Source of the DNA: Dehalococcoidia bacterium
Lineage (GTDB): Bacteria > Chloroflexota > Dehalococcoidia > Bin125
Reading direction: 5' to 3'
Length of the DNA: 64,000 bases
NCBI GenBank assembly: GCA_963662615.2
Contig: CAXXSR010000001.1
Location: 1,472,533-1,536,532 of the forward strand
The notes below the pieces were generated by a model, which was not told where the DNA came from, made no database searches, and saw only the letters and a program-made list of their open reading frames with translations. Positions 8,398-16,621 of this stretch are shown one piece after another. Position numbers and translations under genes: made by a program. Within the stretch, counting starts at the first letter, position 1; each line of letters begins with the position of its first letter.

Positions 8398-8898
8398 ATG
8401 AAGCGCCCAGCCTTCCGCAGGAAGGACCGCCTCCTCGTCCTGCTGGCGCTGGCCGCCGTCCTCGGACTCGGCGTCAGCGCTCACTTTCGCGTCGACGAAG
8501 CGGGCAGGCGCCAAGGCGTCCTCCAGGAGCAAGTCAACGTCGTGACAGGCGCCCAGGCGTCCTTCGCGGGGCGTCTGGACGCGCGACTCGCCCCCCTCGA
8601 CGCGCGACTCGCACCCCTGGAAGCTGCCGAGGCCTCTCCGCCTCGGCGCGCCCTCACCATCGAGACCGAGATCGGCTACCGCTTACGCACGCAAGACGTT
8701 GTGGCCTTCATCCAGAGCGCGATGCAGCGCTACGGCCAGCCGCCTTGGCCCTCCTGGACCAAACCGTCGTGCGAGGAGGTCTGGCTTCGCTTCGGCCCGC
8801 CGGCCGGTCCGGAAGAGCCGGGCGAGCAGATCGGCTGCATCGCCAACATCGTCATCGAGGCCCGCGAGCTGCTGCTGGCGAAGGAAGAGATCGGCTAG
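8398..8898 (+). CDS. membrane-anchored protein of the phage-like module (single N-terminal TM)
   Basis: MKRPAFRRKDRLLVLLALAAVLGLGV... in a strongly GC3-biased frame. The ORF-track start at 8350 is less likely. Confidence 0.6.
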   Translation: MKRPAFRRKDRLLVLLALAAVLGLGVSAHFRVDEAGRRQGVLQEQVNVVTGAQASFAGRLDARLAPLDARLAPLEAAEASPPRRALTIETEIGYRLRTQDVVAFIQSAMQRYGQPPWPSWTKPSCEEVWLRFGPPAGPEEPGEQIGCIANIVIEARELLLAKEEIG

Positions 8899-9587
8899 GT
8901 CGGCCAACGGCGCCCCCAGCCCCCAACCCTGCGCCCGCCGAAACGAACCGCGGGCGCGCAGGAAAAAGCCCGGGCGCGAGCAGCCACCAGCGCCGCCCTG
9001 GCTCAGACGCGCCGCGAGCGCGCGTGCAAAGAACCGCTCACCCTGAGCCTGCCTGCCCTGAGCTTGCCGAAGGGTCGAAGGGTCACCCTGACCTCATCCT
9101 TCCCTCCCAGGAAGCAGCTTGCCGAAGAAGCGAACGACGAGACCCATCCGCCGCCCCCATCCCTCCGGGGCGGGTGGGCGGGAAAAAGAAAGGACGCAAC
9201 GCCGCCCGCATCCCCAAGGCCAGGCGCGAGCGACCGCGAACACCGCCTGATTTCTCAGGCCCGGCCCAGGCGGAAAACCGTTCGTCCTGACCTGTCCTTC
9301 CCTCCCAGGAAGGAGCTTGCCTGTCCTGAGCCTGTCGAAGGGCCGAAGGAGCGAACGGCGCCGCCATCGCCCAGCGCATCAACCCTCCGCGCGAGCAGCC
9401 ACCCACCCCGCGCCCGTCCGGACCAATAGCGAGCGCGCGTGGAAAAACCTCCAACGCCCACCCGCTGCCAGACCCCGGCGGAAGCGAGCACAAAAACGGC
9501 CGCGCTTCCGCTCCCTCCAACACCCGCCCGCTTCCGCTCCCTCCAACACCCGCCCGGCGCCAGACCCCGGCGGAAGCGAGCACAAAA
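8899..9587 (+). repeat. intergenic repeat mosaic (families A, B, C, D)
   Basis: Contains family D hairpins (CCTTCCCTCCCAGGAAGG), a G-tract element at 9167-9182, and two CGGAAGCGAGCACAAAA copies. The second copy ends at ATG 9588. Confidence 0.85.
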
Positions 9588-9887
9588 ATGGACATCGCCG
9601 CCATCGCCACCGCCCTCGCCGGCCTGCTCGCTGCCCTCGCCCAATGGGCCTGGCTCGTGGGCCCGCGCCGCAACGGACAGCGCGCCCGGCTGCACACCAT
9701 TGAGGCCCGCCTCAGTGAGACCGAGAACGCCCTCCACCATTGCCTCCGCAGCCTCCACCGAGTCCGCCGCCGCGAGCAGCGACGGTGGCAACAGCTCAGA
9801 CAAAGCGGGCGCCTCTCGCCCCATGACCCCATCCCAGAGCCGTCCTCCTCATCGCTCGACTCTGGAAGCGGCCGGGCCGCGTCGTGA
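9588..9887 (+). CDS. small membrane protein, holin-like (N-terminal TM plus charged coiled tail)
   Basis: MDIAAIATALAGLLAALAQWAWLVGP... in a GC3-rich frame, positioned upstream of the endolysin. Confidence 0.5.
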   Translation: MDIAAIATALAGLLAALAQWAWLVGPRRNGQRARLHTIEARLSETENALHHCLRSLHRVRRREQRRWQQLRQSGRLSPHDPIPEPSSSSLDSGSGRAAS

Positions 9888-10162
9888 GCGTGCCCAACGG
9901 GGCTGAGCGCCTCCACCCACCCCCAAGACCGCCGCGCCCAGCAAGCCCGCCGCGAGCGCGCGCTGAATAAACCCGCTCACGCTGAGCCTGTCGAAGGGTC
10001 GCCCCGCCCTGTCCTTCCCTCCCAGGAAGGAGCCAGTCGAAGGACAAACGGTACCCCCTCCCACGCGCCCGGCGCGAGCGCCCATCAACCCCGCGCCCGT
10101 CCGGACCAACCGCGAGCGCGCGTGGAAAAACCGCGAGCCCGCGCGAAAAAGGAGCCCAGCCC
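9888..10162 (+). repeat. intergenic repeat mosaic (families C, D)
   Basis: Contains CGCGAGCGCGCGCTGAATAAACCCGCTCACGCTGAGCCTGTCGAAGGG... and CCGCGAGCGCGCGTGGAAAAACCG. Confidence 0.8.
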
Positions 10163-10396
10163 ATGAACCCCTTCGCCAAATGGAACAGCCGCCTCGTCGC
10201 CGTGACTCTGAGTGGCATCTCCACCCTCGCGGCGCTGCCGGACCTGCCCCCCGACCTCCGTGCCGTCGGCATCGTCGTCATCGCCAGCGTCGGCATCATC
10301 ATGATCGGCCTGCGCGACGTCCTCGGCCGCCGCGAAGCCCTCCACGACCTCGGCCTCGACCACCCCCTCCCGCAATCCGACATCCCGGAAGCATGA
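10163..10396 (+). CDS. small two-TM protein, holin-like
   Basis: 77 aa with two hydrophobic segments (LVAVTLSGISTLAAL; AVGIVVIASVGIIMIGL). The frame is GC3-rich. Confidence 0.5.
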   Translation: MNPFAKWNSRLVAVTLSGISTLAALPDLPPDLRAVGIVVIASVGIIMIGLRDVLGRREALHDLGLDHPLPQSDIPEA

Positions 10397-10905
10397 TCGA
10401 CACATTGAACACGCATCACCCGACCATGAAGCCCCGGCGCGAGCCGCAAAAACCGCTCACCCAGAGCCTGCCTGTCCTGATCCTTCCCGGCGGGAAGGAC
10501 GAAGGGTCGAAGGACGAACGGCCGCAACTATCCATACCCCCATCCCTCCGGGGCGGGTGGGCGGGACAAACAAAAGACGCAACGCCGCCCGCCTCCCCAA
10601 GGCCCGGCGCGAGCGGCCACAACCGTTCGCCCTGAGCCAGTCGAATGGGCGAACGACGCACCCAGCCACCAACGCCGCGTCCGACCATGAAGCCCGGGCG
10701 CGAGCAACCACCAACCCCGCGCCCATCCGGACCCGCCGCGAGCGCGCGTGGAAAGAACCGTTCGCCCTGAGCCAGTCGAATGGGCGAACGGCGCACCCGG
10801 CCACCAACGCCGCGCCCGACCATGAAGCCCGGGCGCGAGCGGCCACCAGCGCCGCCTACGACCGGACCTACTGCGAGCGCGGGCAAAAAACGCACGCAAA
10901 CAAAC
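10397..10905 (+). repeat. intergenic repeat mosaic including a ~137-bp direct duplication
   Basis: AACCGTTCGCCCTGAGCCAGTCGAATGGGCGAACG...GACCATGAAGCCCGGGCGCGAGC occurs twice (~10620 and ~10757). A G-tract element sits at 10550-10565. Confidence 0.85.
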
Positions 10906-11619
10906 ATGAACCCAAACGACGTCACCCGCCCCAGCCCCAACTTCTACGCCGGCCGCCTCGGCGCACAGATCATCGGCGTCACCCTCCATTCCACCCGCGG
11001 CGGCACCTCTGATCCCGCCGTCGAGTTCAGCGCCGCCCTCAACTGGCTCAGCGGCCACACCTACAAGGGCCGCGACGGCCGCAGCCATCGCAACCCCTCC
11101 ATCCATTACATCGTTGGCCACGACGGCCGCCTCGCCACCGTCGTGCCCGAGCGCCACGGCGCCTGGCACGCGGGCACCGGCAGCCGCCGCGACGGCGCCA
11201 ACCTCAACGCCATCGGCATCGAGCTCGTCCAGCCCACGCCCCAGGACGCCTACCCGGAGCCACTGCTCGCCCGCACCGTCGACCTCGTCGCCGCCATCTG
11301 CCGCCGCCACGCCATCCCCGCCCTCCGCGTCCACACCGACACCCAACCCGGCATCCACCACCACAGCGACCTCAACCCACGCAAGTCCGACCCCGGACCC
11401 CGCTGGCCCGACGCCGACTTTCTCGCCCGCATCGACGCCCGCCTCGCATCGGCGCGCGACCGCCCGCCGGCCGCGGCGGACCCGTCCATCCTTCGCCGTC
11501 TCCTCCAACTCCAGCGCACCCAGACCGGCCACGCGGCCGACATCGACGCCCTCCGCCAAGGGCTCGCCCAGACACGAACGCGCCTCCACGCGATTGGCAA
11601 AGCCGCCCTCGCCGATTGA
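10906..11619 (+). CDS. N-acetylmuramoyl-L-alanine amidase (Amidase_2/PGRP-type endolysin)
   Basis: IIGVTLHSTRG...IHYIVGHDG...AWHAG...NAIGIELV...HHHSDL...KSDPGPRWP is typical of the family. The true start is ATG 10906, inside ORF 10780..11619. Confidence 0.8.
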   Translation: MNPNDVTRPSPNFYAGRLGAQIIGVTLHSTRGGTSDPAVEFSAALNWLSGHTYKGRDGRSHRNPSIHYIVGHDGRLATVVPERHGAWHAGTGSRRDGANLNAIGIELVQPTPQDAYPEPLLARTVDLVAAICRRHAIPALRVHTDTQPGIHHHSDLNPRKSDPGPRWPDADFLARIDARLASARDRPPAAADPSILRRLLQLQRTQTGHAADIDALRQGLAQTRTRLHAIGKAALAD

Positions 11620-11640
11620 TTCATCCTGGAAAGATCGAGC

Positions 11641-12219
11641 ATGGTCCACCAGCGCAGACATGCGGTCATCCGCGCCCCCGTGGCGCAAGCGTGGCAGCGC
11701 GCCCCCTCCTCCCCTCGGAACGACACAGCCGCGCACGCCACCACGCACGCCACCGCGCACGCAAACGCCACCGCCACCGCCGCAGCGCTCGCCATAGCTC
11801 ATCGCCATCACTGCCCCCTCTGCCACCGCACCTTCGACCCCGCCGCCTTCGTCGCCCACGCCTCCACCTGCATCGACCGCCACGCGCCCCGACAACCCCA
11901 GCGCGCGAAAAGCCCCGGCGCGAGCGCTCACCAACGACTCGCCCAGCAAGCCCGGCGACCGACGGCAACCATTGACCACCCCGATCTCCCAGGGCGGGTG
12001 GGTGGGAAAAACAAAGAACGCAACCTCGCACCCATCGCCATGACCCTGCGCGAAGCGCCCCCGTCCCCACGCCGATTGGCGCAGACCCGCAACTCCACGC
12101 GAACCGCAGCGCCACGCATCGCGTCCCGCGCTCCCGTTGCTCCCCGCCCCGCCAGGGCGGCGGGCGGGACACAATTCAACCCTGAATATCGTGACTCCGG
12201 TCGTCACCGATCGCCCTAA
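11641..12219 (+). CDS. small Cys/His-motif protein; 3' end doubtful because the frame runs into repeats
   Basis: About the first 85 codons are GC3-rich and contain HHCPLCHRTFDPAAFVAHASTCIDRH. There is no stop until 12219, after the frame crosses family B/C repeats. Confidence 0.3.
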   Translation: MVHQRRHAVIRAPVAQAWQRAPSSPRNDTAAHATTHATAHANATATAAALAIAHRHHCPLCHRTFDPAAFVAHASTCIDRHAPRQPQRAKSPGASAHQRLAQQARRPTATIDHPDLPGRVGGKNKERNLAPIAMTLREAPPSPRRLAQTRNSTRTAAPRIASRAPVAPRPARAAGGTQFNPEYRDSGRHRSP

Positions 12220-12517
12220 CCTGTCCTTCGCGCAGCAGAAGGACCTTGTCGAAGTGCCTGTCCTGACCTGTCATTCCCTCCCCAGGAAGGAGCTTGCCTG
12301 TCCTGAGCCTGCCAAAGGGGCAACCGACCACCATCATCAGCCCCTCCGATCCTCTGAGGGTGGGTGGGCGGGAAAAAGAAAAGGGGCGGGGCGGGGGGAC
12401 GCAGCGAACAGCGCCCATCTCCTCAACCTTGGCGCGAGCGCGGATGACCGTTCGTCCTGAGCCTGTCGAAGGGCGAACGGCGCCCCCCACCACTAGCCCG
12501 CGCCCTTCCGGACAACC
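11985..12517 (+). repeat. intergenic repeat mosaic (families B, C, D)
   Basis: G-tract elements at 11992-12006 and 12358-12372, plus a family D hairpin and CCTGTCCTGAGCCTG motifs. Confidence 0.85.
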
Positions 12518-12935
12518 CGCGAGCGCGAGCTAAAGGAACCGAAAGGAGAACCAAAGCCCGGCAACTGACCACCCCCAACGATCGCCTTGCCGCTCCCGGA
12601 ACGGCGAGCGCGCGAAAAGGCCCGGCGCGAGCGGCTACCAGCCCCGCCCTCACCCCAACAAACCGCCAGCGCGAGTTAAAAAAACGGAAAGGAGCGCCAA
12701 AGCCCTAGCAGCCAACTCTCCCTCATGCCCGCCTTGCCGCTCGCGGAACGGCGAGCGCGCAAAAACGCCCGGCGCGAGCTGCCACTAGCCCCGCCCCCAC
12801 CCCAACAAACCGCGAGCGCAAGTCAAAAAAACGGAACGCGGATCCGAAAGCTAGCAACCGACCATCCCCCAACGCTCGCCTTTCCGCTCTCGGAATGGCG
12901 AGTGAGCCCAAGCCCCCAGCGGAAAGGAGAACAAA
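12518..12935 (+). repeat. tandem array, about 3 x 146 bp
   Basis: CGCGAGCGCGAG-type unit starts at ~12518, ~12664 and ~12811. The last unit ends in CAGCGGAAAGGAGAACAAA immediately before ATG 12936. Confidence 0.85.
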
Positions 12936-13391
12936 ATGCCAGTCACCGCGTATTGGTACGCCAAAGCGTTCGTCAACGTCTTCACCCGACTCAAGAACAT
13001 CGACTACGACACCAACGCCGTCAAACTAATGCTCACCACCAGCGCCTACGTCCCCAACCAGGACACCCAGGAGGACAAGGCGGATGTGACCAACGAGGTC
13101 ACCGGTACCGGCTACACGGCCGGCGGCGAGACCCTCGCCTCCAAAACTCTCTCCAACACCAACAACGTCGTCACCCTCGACGCCGCCGACGTCACCTGGA
13201 GCAACAGCACCATCACCGCCCGCCGCGCCGTCCTCTACGACGACAGCGGCGCCACCGACGCCGACAAAGCCGTCCTCCTCTGGATTGACTTCGGCCAGGA
13301 CGAATCCAGCAGCAACGGCGACTTCACCGTCCAGTGGAACGCCTCCGGCATCGCCACGGTGACCCCCACCGACGCCGCCGGCTTCCCCTAG
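12936..13391 (+). CDS. hypothetical phage structural-type protein (151 aa)
   Basis: GGAAAGGAG RBS and a clean GC3-rich frame. It is tightly packed with the next three genes. Confidence 0.65.
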   Translation: MPVTAYWYAKAFVNVFTRLKNIDYDTNAVKLMLTTSAYVPNQDTQEDKADVTNEVTGTGYTAGGETLASKTLSNTNNVVTLDAADVTWSNSTITARRAVLYDDSGATDADKAVLLWIDFGQDESSSNGDFTVQWNASGIATVTPTDAAGFP

Positions 13392-13398
13392 CCCGGCC

Positions 13399-13869
13399 AT
13401 GCCCCCGTCAGGCTTTCGCTGGGCCGTTCAGTACTGGCACGGCCCTTCCCCCCAAGGGCCGCTGCCCACCTTCACATCGCGTGACGGCCCCTGGGCCAAC
13501 GCGCCCGCGCAAAACGTCATCCGTGTCCTCCTCCAACGGCACGGCATTCGCCCCCATGGAAACCCGGACGTGCTCTACACCCAGACCAAAGAGGGGCCCG
13601 ACCACTACTACCTGATCGTCGCCTCCGACGCCGTCCGTCTCGGCGGCTGGAACGACGACGGCCGCCCTTCCCACGAGGTCACCTGGCGCGCCGACGGGCG
13701 AATCTTCAACGTCCGCCGCCACGCGCCCCCCGCCCTCGACCCTGCGCAGCTGAAGCATGGCGTCTGGGTCGACGAGCCCTGGGCCACCCGCCTCGGCCTC
13801 TCCGGCGGCATCAGCCGTCAGGAGTGGCAAAGCGCTTCAGCGCGGGAAGGCGCCCTGAACGATGGCTAA
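13399..13869 (+). CDS. hypothetical phage-module protein (156 aa)
   Basis: GC3-rich frame, 7-nt gap from the previous gene, 8-nt overlap with the next. Confidence 0.6.
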   Translation: MPPSGFRWAVQYWHGPSPQGPLPTFTSRDGPWANAPAQNVIRVLLQRHGIRPHGNPDVLYTQTKEGPDHYYLIVASDAVRLGGWNDDGRPSHEVTWRADGRIFNVRRHAPPALDPAQLKHGVWVDEPWATRLGLSGGISRQEWQSASAREGALNDG

Positions 13870-14872
13870 GCTCTTCCTCCGCGACACCTCCGTCGAGAGC
13901 TGCGCCGACGGCAGCTCCGGCTTCGACATGGACCCCACCCAGGGCTCCCCCACCGCCGACGTTTCCGCCTCCGTCAACTCGGCCACGTTCACCGAAGTCC
14001 TCACCTGGGACGAGACCGTCGGCACGAACGGAAAGAGCGGCGACTACGACCTCAGCGTCGACGTCTCCACCCTCAGCACCGACGCCGAGTTCCGCTTCCG
14101 CCTCCAACGCCTCAACGCCGCCTGTGCGGTCCAGGAGAGCAGCGCCTACGGCCCCACCTTCAACACCGTTGGCATCGAGACCGCCACCATCACCTTCAGC
14201 CCCGCCTGGGCCGCCAACGACGTCCTCCGCCTCTCACTTGAGCTGCGCCGGAGCGGCGGCCACGGCTCCCGCTCCATCAGCGTCAGCACCCAGGACCCAG
14301 ACAGCTTCACGGACGAGCCCGCCGACCCCAACGTCACCATCCTTGCCGTCGCCGCCCAGGCCACCGCCGACGTCCTCGCCCCTGCAATCAAGGCTGGCGC
14401 GACGGTCGCCGCCGCGCTCGCCGCCGCCGCCGCCCAAGCCCTCCTCCCCACCATCAAGATCGCCAAAACCGTCGCGCCACCCGCCGCCTCCGCGACTGCG
14501 CACGCCCCCTCCCCCACCATCGCGGCGATCCAGAACGTCACCGTCGCCGCGCAACCGGCGCAAGCGGCCGCGGACACCCTCCTCCCCACGATCGCCGCCG
14601 GCATCGCCATCGTTGCCGCCCTTGCGCAGGCCGCCGCCGGCGCCCCCCCGCCGGCCGTCCTCGCCCAGAGCGGCGGCATCGTCATCCTCGCGGCGCTGGC
14701 CACCGCCACTGCCACCGGGCACGAACCCGCCATCGGCGGCTACCTCGATCTCACCGCCACGCTCACCCTCGTCGCCTCCCTGTCCGCCGCCCTCACCGCC
14801 ACCGCCACCGCCTCGCCCTCCGCGACCCTCGCCGCCGCCGACGCTCCCAGCGCCACCATCGAGAGGATCTAG
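13862..14872 (+). CDS. phage-module protein with an Ala-rich periodic C-terminal half (fibre-like?)
   Basis: A globular-looking N-terminal ~150 aa is followed by reiterated A-x-A...LLPTI/LAPAI/PSPTI segments. Confidence 0.6.
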   Translation: MAKLFLRDTSVESCADGSSGFDMDPTQGSPTADVSASVNSATFTEVLTWDETVGTNGKSGDYDLSVDVSTLSTDAEFRFRLQRLNAACAVQESSAYGPTFNTVGIETATITFSPAWAANDVLRLSLELRRSGGHGSRSISVSTQDPDSFTDEPADPNVTILAVAAQATADVLAPAIKAGATVAAALAAAAAQALLPTIKIAKTVAPPAASATAHAPSPTIAAIQNVTVAAQPAQAAADTLLPTIAAGIAIVAALAQAAAGAPPPAVLAQSGGIVILAALATATATGHEPAIGGYLDLTATLTLVASLSAALTATATASPSATLAAADAPSATIERI

Positions 14873-14875
14873 CCC

Positions 14876-15226
14876 ATGGCCACCGCCACGGTCGATCTCG
14901 CCACCCCCTTCCAGCAGTACGACAACGCCCAGCTTCTCCTCACCGTCCAGGACGGCAGCGGCGCCGCCCGCGACATCACCAACGACCGCGTCATCTTCCA
15001 CATCGACGGCCTCAACCTGACCAAGGACTCCGCCAACGGCGCCGCCGAAGTCGACAAGACCGACCCGGTCAACGGCCAGGCCACCATCAAGATCGACCCC
15101 GGCGACCTCGCCCTAGACGCCCCCGGCGCCTACCAATACGAAGTCGTCATCATCGCCGTCGGCGTCCGCGCCACCGTCGTCCAAGGCGCCCTCACCACCG
15201 ACCCCTCCCTCATCACCACCACCTGA
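14876..15226 (+). CDS. hypothetical phage-module protein (116 aa, beta-rich)
   Basis: Starts 4 nt after the previous stop. GC3-rich frame. It is the last gene before the composition drops. Confidence 0.6.
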   Translation: MATATVDLATPFQQYDNAQLLLTVQDGSGAARDITNDRVIFHIDGLNLTKDSANGAAEVDKTDPVNGQATIKIDPGDLALDAPGAYQYEVVIIAVGVRATVVQGALTTDPSLITTT

Positions 15227-15545
15227 TCGCAGGAGAGCGACACGCAGCGCTGAGCGCCTCCCTCATCACTAGCCCACGAGGCATCTACCCCTCACGGCGG
15301 TCCTCGTCCTAGAGATTGAACCGTGACTATCTCGGCATGGCACGTGTTCGGTGAGGTCGCGAGTACGCGGAGGGCGGACGCGAAGCTGATCTGAGAGCGA
15401 ACAGGTGTCCTTGAATATAGGAGGCAAGACAAAGCCGCCCCGACAGCCCGCGCAAAAATGGGCGTCACACCGCCTTGACGAATCCCGTCTATTTACCGAT
15501 GATGCGTTGGCAAGCGGTTGAGCTAGCTGCGGAACGTGTTTATGC

Positions 15546-15585
15546 GCCCGCTGTCGTGTCCTTCGGGGCGCCACGGCGGGCTTTT
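15546..15585 (+). terminator. candidate intrinsic terminator closing the + strand module
   Basis: GCCCGCTGT...ACGGCGGGC stem (one mismatch) followed by TTTT. The T-run is short, so the call is weak. Confidence 0.3.
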
Positions 15586-15826
15586 AGGTTCCCCGCTTAA
15601 ACCGGCCTAGTAGGTCCGCGCGGAGTCGCACGACGGCATCTGCTTCATCTGCTAGATCCGCGCTCAAGGAGCGCGGGCAACTCGCCACTTCGAACCGCTT
15701 CCCGAACCGCTTGACGACCACCCCGACCCGAGCGAGATCGCCATCTTCACTGACGACCATGCACGTTTCCCATCTGTCGTCTATTCCTCCCAAGACCGCA
15801 TCGAGCGCGACCCAGAGACGGCGCAC
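15584..15826 (-). CDS. hypothetical protein (80 aa), second gene of a two-gene operon
   Basis: ORF starts 4 nt after the stop of the upstream gene. Lower-GC islet. I recognise no motif. Confidence 0.45.
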   Translation of the reverse strand: MRRLWVALDAVLGGIDDRWETCMVVSEDGDLARVGVVVKRFGKRFEVASCPRSLSADLADEADAVVRLRADLLGRFKRGT

Positions 15827-15830
15827 TCGC

Positions 15831-16253
15831 TCACGTCCCCGTCGGTCGCTTCTCTAGCGCCTCGAAATCAATCCTCTTCATCTCCGTCCCGTCGATGCTG
15901 ATCACGACATGGTAGATTCCAGGCTTTGGGAGCTTCACAGTCTGTTCGCCGCTTAGCGCTACCAGCTGGCTCGCTCCCTGCGTCAGATCTACCGGTTTTC
16001 CGACTTTGAAGCCGCCCTTTACCAGCTCAGCTATGGGCTGCTCATCGTCGTCACGCGTGCTGAGTTCAAACGTGTGGTCCTGGTTTGTCTCGTTCCAACC
16101 CACGCGGATCAGCACCGAAGTTGATAGGGACTTTTCGAACGGATATTCAACTCCAGGGAGCGCCCAAGTCCGCGTCCAGCCGCCTCCAAGGACGTAGAGC
16201 AAGCCCCGTTGCACTTCCGTGGAATTTGCAAGAAAGATTGCGTCGATTTCCAT
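15831..16253 (-). CDS. conserved hypothetical protein (resembles the family I recall as DUF6941)
   Basis: MEIDAIFLANSTEVQRGLLYVLGGGWTRTW...IRVGWNETNQDHTFEL...PGIYHVVISIDG. I place the start at ATG 16253, because the TTG at 16310 coincides with a TTGACA promoter-like hexamer. Confidence 0.55.
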   Translation of the reverse strand: MEIDAIFLANSTEVQRGLLYVLGGGWTRTWALPGVEYPFEKSLSTSVLIRVGWNETNQDHTFELSTRDDDEQPIAELVKGGFKVGKPVDLTQGASQLVALSGEQTVKLPKPGIYHVVISIDGTEMKRIDFEALEKRPTGT

Positions 16254-16330
16254 AGTCGTCACCGTCGTGATGTTTGTATTACAATTATCATTGTCATACA
16301 CATCTGTCAACCCTCTGAGGTTAGACCGCG

Positions 16331-16621
16331 GTGGCGCCGTTCATTAACGAGCTCGTATTTGACGACCATTCTGACGACGCGCTGGCCAACCATGGATTGA
16401 CTGTCGAGCACGTATTCCAACTCCTTGAGGAGGAGCCCAAATTCTTTCGCCAGAAAAATGGAAGGATTAGGACGGTCGGCCCTGACCGTGGTGGCCGGAT
16501 GGTTACGGCAATCCTCGAATACCCAAACGATCGTGGTTCAGCATATGTTGTGACAGCATGGCCATCGGACAAAGATGAGATTGCACGATACGGGCATCCG
16601 GGAGGTCGGGGAAATGTCTAA
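16331..16621 (+). CDS. BrnT-like toxin (DUF497 family)
   Basis: 96 aa. LANHGLTVEHVFQLL...GGRMVTAILEY...AYVVTAWPSDKDEIARY fits the DUF497 pattern. An overlapping RHH gene follows, matching the brnT-then-brnA order. Confidence 0.55.
   Translation: MAPFINELVFDDHSDDALANHGLTVEHVFQLLEEEPKFFRQKNGRIRTVGPDRGGRMVTAILEYPNDRGSAYVVTAWPSDKDEIARYGHPGGRGNV

Noticed and set aside
8306-8401. 31-codon ORF (MDVAIMLSQFDSAAMWRRIYPTFTGREQGRP) overlapping the start of gene 8398 by ATGA, preceded by AAGGAG
   Set aside because: The SD-like sequence is only 1 nt from the ATG, the peptide has no recognisable features and the region is short. It may be a coupling uORF, but I cannot support it.
8334-12533. ORFs that translate the intergenic repeats (peptides such as PVLSLSKG, ACPEPVEG, LRQAQDRQ, FDRLRTNG, PPSLRGGWAGK), including 8334..9290, 9083..9916, 9064..9429, 12294..12533 and 25367..25576
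   Set aside because: The same peptide strings arise from repeated DNA elements in several frames and on both strands, with no consistent starts or codon bias. I treat them as non-coding repeats.
13862-14872. Diversity-generating retroelement or other hypervariation system acting on the Ala-rich repeat protein
   Set aside because: There is no reverse transcriptase and no template/variable repeat pair with adenine-specific differences. The repeats are internal protein periodicity only.
15227-15583. tRNA gene, attachment site or integrase at the right boundary of the phage-like module
   Set aside because: I found no T-loop-like GGTTCGAATCC-type motif or cloverleaf-sized inverted repeats. No direct repeat matches the left part of the window, and there is no recombinase ORF. 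The module boundary therefore cannot be defined here.
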